64,000 bases of DNA from Gordonia sp. (in: high G+C Gram-positive bacteria) (GCA_035343915.1 DAOQZZ010000013.1:9171-73170); one strand, 5' to 3'; shown: positions 1 to 11,948, counted from the first letter of the stretch. The notes: a model not told the origin generated them from the sequence alone. Program-made: numbers and translations.

Positions 1-1
1 C

Positions 2-853
2 GGCTTCCACCTGCCCGACGGTGCCGAGAACTTCCTCTACCTCGCCAACCGGCTTGGCGGCCACAATGCCTCACGACGGTCGGTCGGTGTGCGGTCCAAA
101 TTCGGCTCGGTCGACCTGCACGACCGCGTCGTCACCGTCGGCGCCTTTCCCATCTCCATCGCCTCCGGCGAGATCGATGCGGCGGCGAAGTCCAAGGCAA
201 TCCGCAAGCGTGCCCGGGAGATCCGCAAGGAGCTCGGCAACCCCAAGACGATCCTCCTCGGCGCCGACCGTCTGGACTACACCAAAGGTATCGACGTCCG
301 CCTCAAAGCACTCGCGGAACTGCTCGAGGAGAACCGGCTCGACCCGGCCGAGACCGTACTGGTGCAGTTGGCCACGCCCAGCCGCGAACGCGTCGACTCG
401 TATGTGGCGATGCGCTCGGAGATCGAGCAGCTCGTCGGCCACATCAACGGCGCATACGCGCAGGTGGGCCGACCGGTCGTCGAATACCTCAACCGGCCGA
501 TGCCGCGCGACGAGCTGGTCTCGTTCTTTGTGGCCGCCGACGTCATGCTGGTGACCCCGCTGCGCGACGGGATGAACCTCGTCGCCAAGGAGTACGTCGC
601 CTGCCGCAGCGACCTCGGCGGTGCGCTCGTGCTCTCCGAGTTCACCGGTGCCGCGGCTGAACTGACCGCTGCATACCAGGCGAACCCCTACGACATGGAG
701 GGCGTCAAGAACGCCATCGAGGCGGCCGTCAACCAAAGCCGTGACGAAGGCCGGGCCCGCATGCGCGCGCTACGTCGCCAGGTCCTCACCCACGACGTCG
801 AGAAGTGGGCGAAGAGCTTCCTCGACACGTTGCGCAACACCGGCAAGAAATGA
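2..853 (+). CDS. otsA: Trehalose-6-phosphate synthase (GT20), 5'-truncated by window edge
   Basis: Frame is open from base 2 ([11 protein letters not shown]). It carries the GT20 motifs [23 protein letters not shown] and [10 protein letters not shown], and its stop overlaps the otsB start. Confidence 0.95.
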   Translation, partial: GFHLPDGAENFLYLANRLGGHNASRRSVGVRSKFGSVDLHDRVVTVGAFPISIASGEIDAAAKSKAIRKRAREIRKELGNPKTILLGADRLDYTKGIDVRLKALAELLEENRLDPAETVLVQLATPSRERVDSYVAMRSEIEQLVGHINGAYAQVGRPVVEYLNRPMPRDELVSFFVAADVMLVTPLRDGMNLVAKEYVACRSDLGGALVLSEFTGAAAELTAAYQANPYDMEGVKNAIEAAVNQSRDEGRARMRALRRQVLTHDVEKWAKSFLDTLRNTGKK

Positions 854-1641
854 GCGGATCCGGTCTCCCTGACGACTTGGGCGCCGCCCTGCACGCTTTC
901 GCGACCCTGCCCCGGATCGTCGTCGCTTCCGATTTCGACGGATGCCTGGCGCCGATCGTCTCCCACCCCGCCGACGCCCGGGCCGACCCGCGCGCACTCG
1001 CCGCACTCGTCGAGTTGACTGCGGCACCGGATACGACGACGGCGGTGGTCTCCGGGCGCGCCCGCACCGACCTCGCCGGTCTCGTCGCCCTCTCCGAAGT
1101 CGCCGGAGTCGACGACCTCACCCTGATCGGCAGCCACGGCACCGAGTTCGACGACGACTTCTCGTCGGGAATCACCGACGAGGAGAAGGAGCTGCTGGCC
1201 CGGCTGCAGGCGCAGCTCGACGCCATCGCAGCGCGGTTCCCCGGCGCCATGGTGGAGACGAAACCCGCGTCGACCGTGCTGCACGTGCGCAACGTCGCCA
1301 CCGCCACCGATGCGGAGGAAGCGCTGGAACTGGCCCGCGGCGGACCCGCCGCACTGCCCGGGGTGCACGCCACCGAGGGCAAGGCCGTGCTGGAGCTCGC
1401 GGTCATCGAGACCGGCAAGGGTCACGCCCTCGACGTGCTGCGCGCACAGACGAACGCCGACGGGGTCTGCTACCTCGGCGACGACGTCACCGACGAGCAC
1501 GCCTTCACGCACCTGCAAGACGGGAACGACGTGAGCATCAAAGTCGGCGACGGTGACACCGTGGCGCGCTACCGCATCACTGGCCCCGAGCTCGTCGGCG
1601 AGGTCCTGCGCGTTCTTGCGGCGGCACGCACCGGCTCCTAG
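850..1641 (+). CDS. otsB: Trehalose-6-phosphate phosphatase (HAD)
   Basis: HAD motifs SDFDGCL, VVSGR, GSHG, GKG and [11 protein letters not shown] at 850 overlaps the otsA stop (ATGA). Confidence 0.93.
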   Translation: MSGSGLPDDLGAALHAFATLPRIVVASDFDGCLAPIVSHPADARADPRALAALVELTAAPDTTTAVVSGRARTDLAGLVALSEVAGVDDLTLIGSHGTEFDDDFSSGITDEEKELLARLQAQLDAIAARFPGAMVETKPASTVLHVRNVATATDAEEALELARGGPAALPGVHATEGKAVLELAVIETGKGHALDVLRAQTNADGVCYLGDDVTDEHAFTHLQDGNDVSIKVGDGDTVARYRITGPELVGEVLRVLAAARTGS

Positions 1642-2837
1642 GCCCGCCCGATCAGCGACCCAATGGGGTCGGCGTAGATCACCGACAGCGCGACGACCAC
1701 CGCGGCGGCCTCCTGCACGCCGAGACCGAATCGCGTCGGCGTCAGTTCCAGCCGCTGCGGGAGGTGGCGCGCGGCGTCGAACGCCGCCTGCACCGGGGCC
1801 AGCCCGCGCGGGTGATCGGCGAACGCATCCCCGGCGACGATGACGGCGTCGGGGTTGAGGACGTCGGCGATAGTCGCGATCGCCTCGCCAAGGGCCCGGG
1901 CTCGTTCGTCGACCAGTTGACCGCGCAGCCTCGCGGCGTCGGGCCCATCGTCGTCGAATCCCGCCCGCCAGACCGCCTCACCCAGCACGGTGGTGCCGAT
2001 GACGCGCTGCAACCCGACAGTCGGTCCGGGTGACTGTGGCGACGCGAACAGCGGTGCACAGACCGGTATGTGCGCGACCGTACCGGCACCCGAATTCGGG
2101 ACCTGCACCTGACCGTCGACGGTGAGCGCCATCCCGACCGTCTCGCGCGCATACCAGTAGATCGACGTCCGGCCCCGTACCTCGTCACCACCGAGGGCGC
2201 CCAACACCAGTTCGGCGGCAGCCATCGCCTGCACGTGCTCGCACACCGATACCGGCAGGCCCAGCGCGTCGTGCACGATCGCCCCCACCGCCGCGCCGCG
2301 CCATCCGCGCACCGGATGGTCGACGGTGCCGCTCATCTCGTCGACGTTGCCGCCCACCGCGACGCCCGCCCACAGGAACCTGCGACCGGAGAAGCGGCCG
2401 ACCAATTCGCGCAACGCCTCGGCAAGCTCGCCGATCGCCTCGTCAGCGTCGCCGATGGGCGTCAGCACCGCGTGACTGTGCAGCGTTCGCCCGGAGAGGT
2501 CGGCAATCGCGAGCAGCGTTCGTCGCGCACCGATGTGCATCGCCGCGACCGCCAGACCGTCGCGGTTCAACGCAAGCGGCACCTTGGGCCGACCGATCCC
2601 GCCGCCGTCGACGAGGTCGGGACGCTCGACGATCAGACCCGCGTCGACCAGCGCATGCAACTGGCGGTTCACCGTCGCCGTCGACAGATCCGGGTGGTCG
2701 GCGAGGCGGTCGCGAGTCACCGGGCCCGCGGCACGCAGGCGTGCGAAGACCACCGACGACGGTGTGCTGCCGACGCGCAGCGCCGCCGGCACCACACCGG
2801 CGGTGCTCGGTGTGCCAGAGCCCATGGCCGTGAACAT
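1638..2837 (-). CDS. ROK-family transcriptional regulator
   Basis: N-terminal HTH (LSTATVNRQLHALVDAGLI..GRP) followed by a ROK sugar-kinase-like domain. Start codon is uncertain. Confidence 0.85.
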   Translation of the reverse strand: MFTAMGSGTPSTAGVVPAALRVGSTPSSVVFARLRAAGPVTRDRLADHPDLSTATVNRQLHALVDAGLIVERPDLVDGGGIGRPKVPLALNRDGLAVAAMHIGARRTLLAIADLSGRTLHSHAVLTPIGDADEAIGELAEALRELVGRFSGRRFLWAGVAVGGNVDEMSGTVDHPVRGWRGAAVGAIVHDALGLPVSVCEHVQAMAAAELVLGALGGDEVRGRTSIYWYARETVGMALTVDGQVQVPNSGAGTVAHIPVCAPLFASPQSPGPTVGLQRVIGTTVLGEAVWRAGFDDDGPDAARLRGQLVDERARALGEAIATIADVLNPDAVIVAGDAFADHPRGLAPVQAAFDAARHLPQRLELTPTRFGLGVQEAAAVVVALSVIYADPIGSLIGRA

Positions 2838-2931
2838 AGCAGCGCACCGGCGCCGCCGGGCCCATAGCGGCCACCGTGGGCGCAACCCGCCCGACTTGCG
2901 CAGCACTGTCTCAATGGCATAGACCGAAACC

Positions 2932-3684
2932 ATGAGCGCATCCTCCGACTCCGCCCGCCGTGTCGCCGTCGTCACCGGCGCCAGTTCCGGTATCGGCGAG
3001 GCCACCGCCAGGACACTGGCCGCTGACGGCTATCTCGTCGTCGTCGGTGCCCGACGCCTGGACCGGATCGCCGCGCTCGCCGAGGAGATCGGCGGCATCG
3101 GCCGCGCCCTCGACGTCACCGACACCGACTCGATCGCTGCCTTCGTAGCCGGCCTCGACCGTGTCGATGTGCTGGTCAACAACGCCGGTGGCGCCAAGGG
3201 TCTCGCGACGGTCGCCGAGGCCGTCGAGGAGGACTGGCGCTGGATGTGGGAGACCAACGTACTGGGCACCCTCCGGATGACCAAGGCGCTGCTGCCCGCG
3301 CTGATCGCCTCCGGTGACGGGCTCATCGTCACCGTCACCTCCATCGCCGCCCTGGAGCCCTACGACAACGGCGCCGGGTACACCTCGGCCAAGCACGCAC
3401 AGGCCCTGCTGCACCGGACGCTGCGCCTGGAATTGCTCGGCCAGCCGGTCCGGCTCACCGAGATCCTGCCCGGGATGGTGGAGACCGAGTTCTCCGTGGT
3501 CCGCTTCGACGGCGATCAGGAGCGCGCGGATGCCGTCTACGCCGGACTCACTCCGCTGGTGGCCGACGATGTCGCCGAGGTCATCTCCTTCGTCGCGTCA
3601 CGCCCGCCGCACGTGAACCTGGACGAGATCGTCATCAAGCCGCGCGATCAAGCCAATGCGCGGCGAAACATCAAGACGGGCTAG
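2932..3684 (+). CDS. SDR oxidoreductase (YdfG-like)
   Basis: TGASSGIG, NNAG and YTSAK motifs. Confidence 0.9.
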   Translation: MSASSDSARRVAVVTGASSGIGEATARTLAADGYLVVVGARRLDRIAALAEEIGGIGRALDVTDTDSIAAFVAGLDRVDVLVNNAGGAKGLATVAEAVEEDWRWMWETNVLGTLRMTKALLPALIASGDGLIVTVTSIAALEPYDNGAGYTSAKHAQALLHRTLRLELLGQPVRLTEILPGMVETEFSVVRFDGDQERADAVYAGLTPLVADDVAEVISFVASRPPHVNLDEIVIKPRDQANARRNIKTG

Positions 3685-4157
3685 CGGCGCCGCGGCGCTG
3701 GCTGGTGTTTGGTTCCGCCGGAAATCTCCTCGGCGCGCTGTTTGAGTGCCGCGGCCATGTCGTCGAATCCACGCCGCATGTCTTTGCCGAGCAATGTGCT
3801 GACGACCGGCGTCAGAGCGCCGTCGATCTGGAAATGCGATGCGTAGTGGCTGGTCCCGGGCCCCGACGGGAGGACCGTCTGCTCCCGCACGCTGCGCAGC
3901 AGGCCCAACGGTGCCGGCTTCATCGAGTAGCTGAAGGAACGCCCGGGAGTGACGCTGTTGACGAACTCGCGCTGCCGTCGCAGGTTGTCACCGCGCAGGC
4001 GCACCTGCATATCGATCGGCGTCCCCGGCTCAAGGGTGCACGATGCGTGCGGGACGAACGGGTTCCACTGGCCGTAAGCGTCGAAGTCGGTCAACACTGC
4101 CCAGACCGTCGCCGCCGGCGCGGCGATCTCCACCGAATGCTCGAGGACGAAGCTCAC
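3681..4157 (-). CDS. SRPBCC/polyketide-cyclase-like domain protein
   Basis: [26 protein letters not shown]-terminus and [15 protein letters not shown]-terminal helix. Confidence 0.85.
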   Translation of the reverse strand: MSFVLEHSVEIAAPAATVWAVLTDFDAYGQWNPFVPHASCTLEPGTPIDMQVRLRGDNLRRQREFVNSVTPGRSFSYSMKPAPLGLLRSVREQTVLPSGPGTSHYASHFQIDGALTPVVSTLLGKDMRRGFDDMAAALKQRAEEISGGTKHQPAPRRR

Positions 4158-4867
4158 GCGCTCAGACTAGCGCCGTCGGGGGGCGCGGCAGGCCCGAAGC
4201 CGTCGAGCACGGCCGCTGTCTGCGACAGTCCGAGTCGCGTCGCACCGGCTTCGATGAGTTCTGCAGCGAACCGCGCATCGCGGATTCCGCCGCTGGCCTT
4301 CACGCCCGCCGAGCCGCCGACGGCGTCGGCCATGAGGCGGACCGCCTCGACACTCGCCCCGCCCGCCGGGTGGAATCCGGTGGAGGTCTTGACCATTCCG
4401 GCCCCGGCTGCCACTGCTTGCTCGCACACGCGCTGCAGGGTGTCGGGCCCGGCATCACGCAGCAGGACCGCCGACTCGACGATGACCTTCAACAGGACGT
4501 TCTCAGAGACCGCCTGGGCGACGGTGAGCACCTCAGCGAACACCTCGTCGAACCGGCCGTCGACCGCCGCCCCGATATCGATGACCATGTCGATCTCCTG
4601 CGCACCCGTGTCGACGGCCATCCGGGCCTCGGCCGCCTTGATCAGCGCGTGATGCTTGCCCGACGGGAAGCCGGCCACGACGGCCAGACGCTGCCGATCC
4701 CCCGTTGCAATGGGCAACATCGACGGCGACAGGCACACGGCGAAGACGTCCAGTTCGGCCGCCTGGAGCACTGCGGCCTCCGCGTCGGCGCGTGTCGCTT
4801 CCGGTGCGAGCAACGTGTGGTCGATCATGCGGGCGACGCGCTCACGGGTGAGGTCGTGTTCGGTCAT
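4154..4867 (-). CDS. deoC: Deoxyribose-phosphate aldolase
   Basis: [32 protein letters not shown] and GATRLG motifs. Confidence 0.95.
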   Translation of the reverse strand: MTEHDLTRERVARMIDHTLLAPEATRADAEAAVLQAAELDVFAVCLSPSMLPIATGDRQRLAVVAGFPSGKHHALIKAAEARMAVDTGAQEIDMVIDIGAAVDGRFDEVFAEVLTVAQAVSENVLLKVIVESAVLLRDAGPDTLQRVCEQAVAAGAGMVKTSTGFHPAGGASVEAVRLMADAVGGSAGVKASGGIRDARFAAELIEAGATRLGLSQTAAVLDGFGPAAPPDGASLSA

Positions 4868-4893
4868 GCCCGCCAGCTTGGCACACTGGGAGC

Positions 4894-5784
4894 GTGAACC
4901 CCGACACCGCGGCTGCTGATCGTCGTTTCGTCCTGTCCCTCGGTTGCCCGGACACGACCGGCATCGTCGCACGGATCGCCGGCTTCCTCGCCGACGCCGG
5001 CGCCTGGATCACCGAGGCGGCCTATCACTCCGACGAGGACACCAACTGGTTCTTCACCCGCCAGGCGGTGCGCGCCGACTCAGTCGATTGCACCGTCGAC
5101 GAATTACGTGAACGCTTCGCCGCGCTCGCCGCGCAACACTTCCACCCCGACACCGAGTGGCGGCTCACCGACTCCGGGGCGCCCAAGAAGGTCGTCATCC
5201 TGGTGAGCAAGGAGAGCCACTGCCTAATCGACCTCTTGGGACGCGCGCAACGCGACGAGTTCCCCGGCGAGATCGTGGCGGTCGTCGGTAACCACTCGTC
5301 GTTGGGTGAGCTCACCGAGCGGTTCGGCGTGCCGTTCCACCTCGTCGCCTTCGACGACCCGGACGTGAGCCGCGACGAAGCGTTCGTCCGGATCGCCGCC
5401 ATAGTCGACGATCATGACCCCGACGCCGTTGTGCTCGCCCGGTTCATGCAGATCCTCCCTGCGCAGTTGTGTGAGCGCTGGGCCCGGCGCGCCATCAACA
5501 TCCACCACAGCTTCCTGCCGAGCTTCGTCGGCGCGCGCCCCTACCACCAGGCCTTCGCCCGAGGCGTGAAGCTGATCGGCGCGACATGCCACTACGTGAC
5601 GGCCGAGCTCGACGCCGGGCCGATCATCGAGCAGGACGTCATCCGCGTCGACCACGGCGACAACGTCGCCGACATGGTCCGCCAGGGCCGCGACATCGAA
5701 ACCCTCGTGTTGGCGCGCGGAGTCCGTTGGCATCTGGAGGACCGGGTGCTGGTCCACGGTGCGAAGACCGTGGTCTTCGACTGA
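4894..5784 (+). CDS. purU: Formyltetrahydrofolate deformylase
   Basis: ACT domain (CPDTTGIVA) plus formyltransferase motifs [28 protein letters not shown] and LDAGPIIEQ. Confidence 0.96.
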   Translation: MNPDTAAADRRFVLSLGCPDTTGIVARIAGFLADAGAWITEAAYHSDEDTNWFFTRQAVRADSVDCTVDELRERFAALAAQHFHPDTEWRLTDSGAPKKVVILVSKESHCLIDLLGRAQRDEFPGEIVAVVGNHSSLGELTERFGVPFHLVAFDDPDVSRDEAFVRIAAIVDDHDPDAVVLARFMQILPAQLCERWARRAINIHHSFLPSFVGARPYHQAFARGVKLIGATCHYVTAELDAGPIIEQDVIRVDHGDNVADMVRQGRDIETLVLARGVRWHLEDRVLVHGAKTVVFD

Positions 5785-5830
5785 CCCCACCGCGCTCGAC
5801 CGTTCGGTCAGGTGCGGCGTCGTCCAACGC

Positions 5831-6832
5831 TCAGCCGGTGAAGGTGACGAGTTCGCCGCAGTTGCCCTGGGGCCGGACGAAGTTCTCGTCGGCGGTGATG
5901 TTGGTCCCGGCGAGGGCGAACGCGATGCCCTCGCCCTGCACCTCGAACTTCGTCATCTTCATGTCCCGCAGACCCTCGCCGAACATGGCGTTGGTGAGGT
6001 CGTTGACGACGTTCTGCGCGAGGTCCGGCGGAATCCCGAACACCAGCATGCTGGCCTGCACCACTTCCAGGTGGGGCTTGCCGTCCTGGATCGTCGGCCG
6101 CAGGGTGACCGTGACGGGCAGCGGGATGATGACCGCCTGCACGGTGACGGTCACGTCGAAGGTGCCGTCGCCGTTCGACTTGATCGACTGCAGCTGGCTG
6201 GCGGCCCCCATCTGGGACATCGGATCGTTCCCGCCCGATACCGGGCCCGCCGCGCGGGCGGTAGCGAGAATCTGACTGAACGGCATGACGCCGTTTCCGT
6301 CGATCTTGCCGATCGTCGATTGGTTACCGCTAGCGGCGATGTCGTCGACACGCAGGTGCAGCCGCCCCTCACCGGAACCACTCGAGTTGACCTCGACGAA
6401 GGGGATCTCCTTCGCCAGGACCTGCAACAGCATCGGCTTGGAGCTCAACTGCACGGTCGCCGTCTCGCCGGTCAGCGAACCGAACGCCTTCGCGATGCAG
6501 TCCTTAACCTCGTGCCGCAAGTACCACTCGGTACCGCCGAGCCCGGCGACGACGATGAGCAGCGCGCCGACCAGACCGATGCCGACCCACTTCTTGGTGC
6601 TGCGCTTGGACGGCACCGACTTGGCGACCTTGCCCGGCTGCGCGGGCGCCGCCGCCTCGGACGCGGCGGTGATGGGCTCGGTCCCCGGATCAGGCGTCGG
6701 CGGCTCGTCTGCCGGCCACGGCGGTTCGACCGGGGCGGTGGGCGCGTGCGGGATCCTCTTCGTCACCGCATCGGTCTTCTCCAGGTTCAACGGCTCATCG
6801 GCCGAGGTCCACTCGTCGTCGTCGGTCGTCAC
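5831..6832 (-). CDS. LmeA/DUF2993-like membrane-anchored protein
   Basis: Pro-rich N-terminus, one TM helix, then the 'EWYLRHEVKDCI..SSKPMLLQ' pattern typical of LmeA-like proteins. Confidence 0.65.
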   Translation of the reverse strand: MTTDDDEWTSADEPLNLEKTDAVTKRIPHAPTAPVEPPWPADEPPTPDPGTEPITAASEAAAPAQPGKVAKSVPSKRSTKKWVGIGLVGALLIVVAGLGGTEWYLRHEVKDCIAKAFGSLTGETATVQLSSKPMLLQVLAKEIPFVEVNSSGSGEGRLHLRVDDIAASGNQSTIGKIDGNGVMPFSQILATARAAGPVSGGNDPMSQMGAASQLQSIKSNGDGTFDVTVTVQAVIIPLPVTVTLRPTIQDGKPHLEVVQASMLVFGIPPDLAQNVVNDLTNAMFGEGLRDMKMTKFEVQGEGIAFALAGTNITADENFVRPQGNCGELVTFTG

Positions 6833-6843
6833 TGACCCGTCTC

Positions 6844-7698
6844 CTATCGATCCCCGGGAGGCATCGGCGCCGGTGTGGCAACCGAGCGCCGATTCACCCG
6901 CATTCCGAGCGCGTCCCGCGACCGCTCGACATCTGCCAGGTCCAGGTTGTGGAACCCGAGATGGGGCGAGCGCCCGTATTCATCCCCGACCACGCTACCG
7001 AATGGGTCCACGACACGACTGTGCCCGACACCGACGGGGCCGCGGGTCTCGCCGGCGCCAGCCGGGGGAGCTTGGTCGACGGCGACGATGAACGCGCCGG
7101 AGTCCAATGCGCGCGCCGAGGTCAGGATGCGCCACTGCTCGGCCTTGCCCGGACCGGGTGCCCACGACGTCGGCACCGCAATCACCTGCGCGCCCGCATC
7201 GGCCAGTGCGCCGAACAGTTCGGGGAAGCGGACGTCGTAGCACGTGGCGACGCCGAGGCGGGCGGTCGTGCCGTCGGCCAACTCGAGGTCGGCGACCAGC
7301 GCATCGTTGCCGGGTGCGACCGACGCCGACTCGCGATAGCCGAAGGCGTCGTAGAGGTGAATCTTGTCGTAGGACCAGTAGCGGCCCTCTCGGTCGACGA
7401 CGAGGACCGTGTTGCGCACCCGAGGCTTGCCGGAATCATCGGCAGTGCCGGGGGTGAACAGGCCGACGAGGATGGCGATGCCGTGGCGGCGCGCGATCTC
7501 GCGCACACCCGTCGCCCACGGCCCGTCGAGCGGTTGCGCGATCGGGGCCAGCGGTACCCCGTAGCAGCACATCGTCGCCTCTGGGAAGGCGATGAGGTCA
7601 GCCCCACCGGCGGCGGCCTCCTCGACCAGCCGCGCGAGGTTGTCGAGATTCGCCGACGGATCGTCGCCGGCCGTGATCTGTGCCATCGCGACGCGCAT
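6844..7698 (-). CDS. Carbon-nitrogen hydrolase (nitrilase superfamily)
   Basis: E-K-C triad: FPEA, YDKIHLYDAF, TCYDVRFPE. Confidence 0.92.
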   Translation of the reverse strand: MRVAMAQITAGDDPSANLDNLARLVEEAAAGGADLIAFPEATMCCYGVPLAPIAQPLDGPWATGVREIARRHGIAILVGLFTPGTADDSGKPRVRNTVLVVDREGRYWSYDKIHLYDAFGYRESASVAPGNDALVADLELADGTTARLGVATCYDVRFPELFGALADAGAQVIAVPTSWAPGPGKAEQWRILTSARALDSGAFIVAVDQAPPAGAGETRGPVGVGHSRVVDPFGSVVGDEYGRSPHLGFHNLDLADVERSRDALGMRVNRRSVATPAPMPPGDR

Positions 7699-7758
7699 GG
7701 GCGACAGCCTAGCGCCGGTGCCTGTGAGGCACCCAAGGGTCTCCAGCGCCGATGAACG

Positions 7759-8274
7759 TCAGAGGTTCTTGTCGATCCAGTCCTTGGCGTACTCCGCCTC
7801 GGCCCGGAAGAGGTCGACGAGGTTCACCAACATCAGCTGCTCGAGCTTGTGGTTGACGAACGGAACGTAAACCTTGACCTCGGTGGTCTTGCGGATCGTG
7901 CACCCGGAGTCGGTGGCGAACAGTTCCTGCACGCCGGTGAGGCTGCCGGGACCGGCGGGAATCGAGGCGTTGTACTCCCCCGCAGTCACGTCCTCGGGAT
8001 GGAAGACGCCGAACGACTCTTCGCGGGTGATGATCATGTCCTTCATCATCACCGTCTGGGCAATCGGGGGCAGTTGGTCGCGCCCCAGGGTCTGCTTGAG
8101 GGTCACCCGCATCCCGACCGACGGGTCGGAGGTGAACTCCGCGACCTCACAGTGCGGCGAGAGCATCTGGAAGCCAGCCATCATGTCTTCCCAGTACTGG
8201 CGTTCCATCTGCGCTTGGTAGAGCTTCTCGGCGGGCTGGGGGTAGCGGGCTGAGTAGCTGAGCCGTCGTGCCAT
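7759..8274 (-). CDS. DUF2505-family protein
   Basis: C-terminal VKVYVPFVNHKLEQ motif; lies in a tandem pair divergent from murB, as in mycobacterial synteny. Confidence 0.75.
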   Translation of the reverse strand: MARRLSYSARYPQPAEKLYQAQMERQYWEDMMAGFQMLSPHCEVAEFTSDPSVGMRVTLKQTLGRDQLPPIAQTVMMKDMIITREESFGVFHPEDVTAGEYNASIPAGPGSLTGVQELFATDSGCTIRKTTEVKVYVPFVNHKLEQLMLVNLVDLFRAEAEYAKDWIDKNL

Positions 8275-8290
8275 AGCTTGCAGGCTACCG

Positions 8291-8785
8291 TTACCGGTTG
8301 CCCGCCTCCCAATTGAGCGTCTCGTCGCGTTCCGCGTCGAGCAGTCGGTTCAGCTGCTCGGCGATCGCTTTCTCGATCTTGCCGCCGACCAGCGGGATGC
8401 CGACGGAGACCGCCGCGGTGTAGCGCGTCGACGACGGGTCGCCGCCGCTGGTCTGTTTCCCCTCGATCTTGGCCGGTGCACCCTCGACCGACGCCCCCAG
8501 TTCGCCGGTGATGCTGTCGCCGGTTCGGCGCAGCACGGTGCGGCGCGGGATCACGATGTCACCGCCGCGGATCTTCTGCACCACCGACGGCAGTTTGTCG
8601 GCGTCCACGACCTGACGGCACGTCACGGTGACGGTGTCGCCGTCGTGTGAGAACGACTCCAGCACACCCTTGTCGTGGTTCATCGCGTCAAGCAGATCCC
8701 GCCAGTACTGCTCGGTGGTCACGACCTCCCACAGGCGGTCGGTGCTGAACGGGTAGGAGACGGTGTGCTCCAGCTTCGTGGCCAT
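8291..8785 (-). CDS. DUF2505-family protein
   Basis: VSVGIPLVGGKIEKAIAEQL motif; adjacent paralogue. Confidence 0.8.
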   Translation of the reverse strand: MATKLEHTVSYPFSTDRLWEVVTTEQYWRDLLDAMNHDKGVLESFSHDGDTVTVTCRQVVDADKLPSVVQKIRGGDIVIPRRTVLRRTGDSITGELGASVEGAPAKIEGKQTSGGDPSSTRYTAAVSVGIPLVGGKIEKAIAEQLNRLLDAERDETLNWEAGNR

Positions 8786-8841
8786 GTCCACCATCCCATC
8801 ACACCGGGCGCGATTGGGCGGGTGCGCTAGCGTCATATGTC

Positions 8842-9897
8842 GTGACCGCCCCCCGCATCGCCGAGATGACCACCCTGCGACTGGGCGGTCCGGCGCACTC
8901 AACCACCACCGCGACCACCACCGAAGCGGTCGTGGCGGCACTGGACACCTGCGACGACGCCGGTACCGCGGTCCTCGTGATCGGCGGCGGTTCCAACCTC
9001 GTCGTCGCCGACGAGGGGTTCAACGGAACCGTCATCGCGATCACGTCCGGCGGAATCGAGTTCGGCACGGACGACGGGCGCCCGTTCACGACCGCGGACG
9101 CGGGCGTGGAGTGGGACGCGCTTGTGGCGCGCACGGTCGACGAGGGCTATGGCGGGCTGGAGTGCCTGTCTGGCATTCCAGGTTCGACCGGTGCGACCCC
9201 GGTCCAGAACGTCGGCGCCTACGGCGTCGAAATCGCCGACGTTCTGCGCGCCGTGCAGGTCTACGACCGTGGTGCTCGCCGCCTCGACTGGGTCTCACCC
9301 GGTGACCTCGACCTGCGCTATCGGCACTCGAATCTGAAGCACCGCGACAACCGCATTGTGACCGCGGTGTCGTTGTGGCTGCGCCCCAACGGTGTCTCCG
9401 CGCCATTGGCCTACCGCGAATTGGCTCGCGCACTGGGCCGCGACGAAGGACAGTCCGCCGATGCGGCAGCTGTGCGCGACGCGGTGCTGGAGCTACGCCG
9501 CAGCAAGGGCATGGTGCTCGATGCCGGCGACCCCGACACCTACAGCGCCGGATCCTTCTTCACCAACCCGATCGTGTCGGCCGCCGAGTCCGCCGCGGTC
9601 CTCGCACAGATCGCTGTCGTCGTCGGCCCGGACACGGTCATCCCCCAGTTCCCGTCGGGGGACGACACCAAGCTGTCAGCCGGATGGCTGATCGAGCGCG
9701 CCGGATTCACCAAGGGGTATCCAGGTGCCGATGCGCCGGTCCGTCTGTCCACCAAACACACGTTGGCCTTGACCAACCGCGGAAATGGCACCACCGCAGA
9801 TCTACTGACCCTCGCACGTGAGGTCCGCGACGGGGTGAGCGCCCGATTCGGGGTGACGCTGGTGCCCGAACCGGTCTTCGTCAACTGCCGGTTGTAG
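8842..9897 (+). CDS. murB: UDP-N-acetylmuramate dehydrogenase
   Basis: [41 protein letters not shown] and PEP motifs. Confidence 0.97.
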   Translation: MTAPRIAEMTTLRLGGPAHSTTTATTTEAVVAALDTCDDAGTAVLVIGGGSNLVVADEGFNGTVIAITSGGIEFGTDDGRPFTTADAGVEWDALVARTVDEGYGGLECLSGIPGSTGATPVQNVGAYGVEIADVLRAVQVYDRGARRLDWVSPGDLDLRYRHSNLKHRDNRIVTAVSLWLRPNGVSAPLAYRELARALGRDEGQSADAAAVRDAVLELRRSKGMVLDAGDPDTYSAGSFFTNPIVSAAESAAVLAQIAVVVGPDTVIPQFPSGDDTKLSAGWLIERAGFTKGYPGADAPVRLSTKHTLALTNRGNGTTADLLTLAREVRDGVSARFGVTLVPEPVFVNCRL

Positions 9898-11182
9898 GCG
9901 CGACCCCGCCGTCGGACTCCGGTGCCGCGGGGGGCGTAGGCGGCGCCGCTGTTGCCGGAGCCTTCGCAGGCGCCTTCTTTGCGGCCGTCTTCTTGGCGGC
10001 CGTCTTCTTGGCCGCCGTCTTCTTGGCCGCCGTCTTCTTGGCCGGGGTCTTCTTCGCAGGCGCCTTCTTGGCCGCCGTCTTCTTGGCCGCCGCCTTCTTG
10101 GCCGGAGCCTTCTCAGCAGCCGGGGCAGGATCGATATGTAGGCCGATCGCCTCGTCGAGGACCTCGTTGAATGCCTCTGACGCCTCGACGCTCAACATGT
10201 GGCCGATGTCATCGAGGATGACGAGGCGGCGCAACGCACCCGCCTGATCGAGCAGGGCGGCGATCTCGTGCGAGTGGACCGGTGGCAGCAGCCGGTCCTC
10301 GGTACCGACGATGACGGTGGTCGGGACGGTCAGGGCAGTCGTGCCGGTGCTCACGTCGAAACCGACCATCCCGTGGCCCAACAGACCGCGGGCGATCGGC
10401 GAGCACGACTTCACCATGTCTTCGACGAACGCCACATGTGCGCCGCGCGTAGTCGGCGCCATCGTGATCTGCCGGACTATCTGCGGCGTCTGCGGCGCCG
10501 GAGGTAGCGGCGCCGGTGCGCTGACGAAAAGGACACCGGTCATGCGCTCGAAGGGCTTCGTATACGCAGGACGATTCTCGTCGAACAACTTGTGCCGTCC
10601 GATGACGTTGGTGACCGCGGTGGACTGCAGCACGACGGCTGACACCCGCTCGTTGACCTCGTCGGCGTGTTGGTCGGCCCACGCCTGGACGGTGATCCCG
10701 CCGAGGCTGTGGCCCACCAGCACTGCCTTCCGGCCGACCGGCACGGTCGCAGCGAGCACTGATTCGAGGTCCTGGGCCAGGACGGCCGGGGTCGGCCGTG
10801 CGCGGCCCATCCTGGACTCGCCGTGGCCGCGCTGGTCGTAGGTGACGAGTGTGCGCTTGCCGAGGAGGTGATTGACCTGTGGGTTCCAGTAGACCGTGCT
10901 GCATGTCCAGCCGTGGACGAACACGACGATGTCTGATGAGTCGTCGGGGTCGTCGGCCGGGTAGGTCAATACGTTGAGCTCGGCGCCGTCGGCGGTGTGT
11001 ACGTGCGCGCGGCGCGGCGCTGCCGCCGGCGTAGCCAGGGCAGCGTCGGGCTCATCGGGCGCGACCGGCGCGCTGCGCAAGCCCTCGACGAGGGTCCCGC
11101 CGAGAAGGCGCAGGACACCTGCTGCCGTTCCGACCCCGGCCAGGCCGACACCGCCGAGTACTACCTTGGACAGCTTGTTCAT
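9881..11182 (-). CDS. Alpha/beta hydrolase with C-terminal Lys/Ala-rich repeat tail
   Basis: VHGW, YDQRGHG, GHSLGG nucleophile, GTED and GHM motifs; the tail is ([10 protein letters not shown])n. Confidence 0.88.
   Translation of the reverse strand: MNKLSKVVLGGVGLAGVGTAAGVLRLLGGTLVEGLRSAPVAPDEPDAALATPAAAPRRAHVHTADGAELNVLTYPADDPDDSSDIVVFVHGWTCSTVYWNPQVNHLLGKRTLVTYDQRGHGESRMGRARPTPAVLAQDLESVLAATVPVGRKAVLVGHSLGGITVQAWADQHADEVNERVSAVVLQSTAVTNVIGRHKLFDENRPAYTKPFERMTGVLFVSAPAPLPPAPQTPQIVRQITMAPTTRGAHVAFVEDMVKSCSPIARGLLGHGMVGFDVSTGTTALTVPTTVIVGTEDRLLPPVHSHEIAALLDQAGALRRLVILDDIGHMLSVEASEAFNEVLDEAIGLHIDPAPAAEKAPAKKAAAKKTAAKKAPAKKTPAKKTAAKKTAAKKTAAKKTAAKKAPAKAPATAAPPTPPAAPESDGGVAPTTGS
9972..10106 (-). 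repeat. 15-bp coding tandem repeat encoding about 9 pentapeptide K-K-x-A/P-A units
   Basis: Repeated TTCTTGGC(C/G)GCCGTC units are visible on the + strand. Confidence 0.9.
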
Positions 11183-11185
11183 AGC

Positions 11186-11944
11186 TCAATCCTTCTCTGC
11201 GTCGTTTTCGGGCTGGTTGTCGGGGGTCTGCGCCTCGAGGACCTTGGTCACGGCGGCGAGCGCCTGGGAGATCTCGCGGTCGAGTGCGCTGGTGAATGTA
11301 CTGTCGACGATCTCGTGCGCCAGCGGGCGCACACGGCGGATCAACTCCGCGATCCGGCCGACCTCCACGTCGTCGAGTCCCAGCAGCGTTTCATCGACGA
11401 ATCGCTCGGTGATGATCGACACGAAACTGTGGGCGACGTCCTCCAAGTCGCCCTGGACGCGCACCCACCGGTCCAGCAGCACGTCGATGTCGACGCCGCC
11501 CTTCACAAGCGCCTCGGCGCCGTCGAGTAGTTCGGGGTTGGTCACCGCGAAGCCCGCGCCGTCCTTGACCAGCAGTCCCAGCTTCTCGCTCAACGCGATG
11601 GTCCGGTCGTCGGCACCGAGGGACTTGCGCAGTTCGGCAAGGGTGATCGTCGCAGCCTGTTTGAACGAGCGCAGCCGCTTGCGCCGCGTGGGACCGCGCA
11701 GCACGTGCTCGACCGTCATCCCGTGGTGGGCCGCGGCGAGCAGCTCACCGATCGTCGCGAATGTATAGCCACGCTCGAGCATCCGGGAGATCAGATTCAG
11801 CCGGATCAGGTGCTGGTCGTAGTACCAGCCGGTCCGCCCCTTGATGACCGGGGGCGGCAATAGCCCACGGTCCTGGTAGACGCGGATGTTGCGGACCGAC
11901 ACCCCGGAGACCTGGGCGAGATCGTTGATCCGGTATTCGGCCAC
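11186..11944 (-). CDS. MerR-family transcriptional regulator
   Basis: YRINDLAQVSGVSVRNIRVYQDRGLL HTH. Confidence 0.9.
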   Translation of the reverse strand: MAEYRINDLAQVSGVSVRNIRVYQDRGLLPPPVIKGRTGWYYDQHLIRLNLISRMLERGYTFATIGELLAAAHHGMTVEHVLRGPTRRKRLRSFKQAATITLAELRKSLGADDRTIALSEKLGLLVKDGAGFAVTNPELLDGAEALVKGGVDIDVLLDRWVRVQGDLEDVAHSFVSIITERFVDETLLGLDDVEVGRIAELIRRVRPLAHEIVDSTFTSALDREISQALAAVTKVLEAQTPDNQPENDAEKD

Positions 11945-11948
11945 GGTT

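Noticed and set aside
7759-8785. Tandem DUF2505 pair as a novelty
   Set aside because: These genes next to murB are part of ordinary Mycobacteriales synteny.
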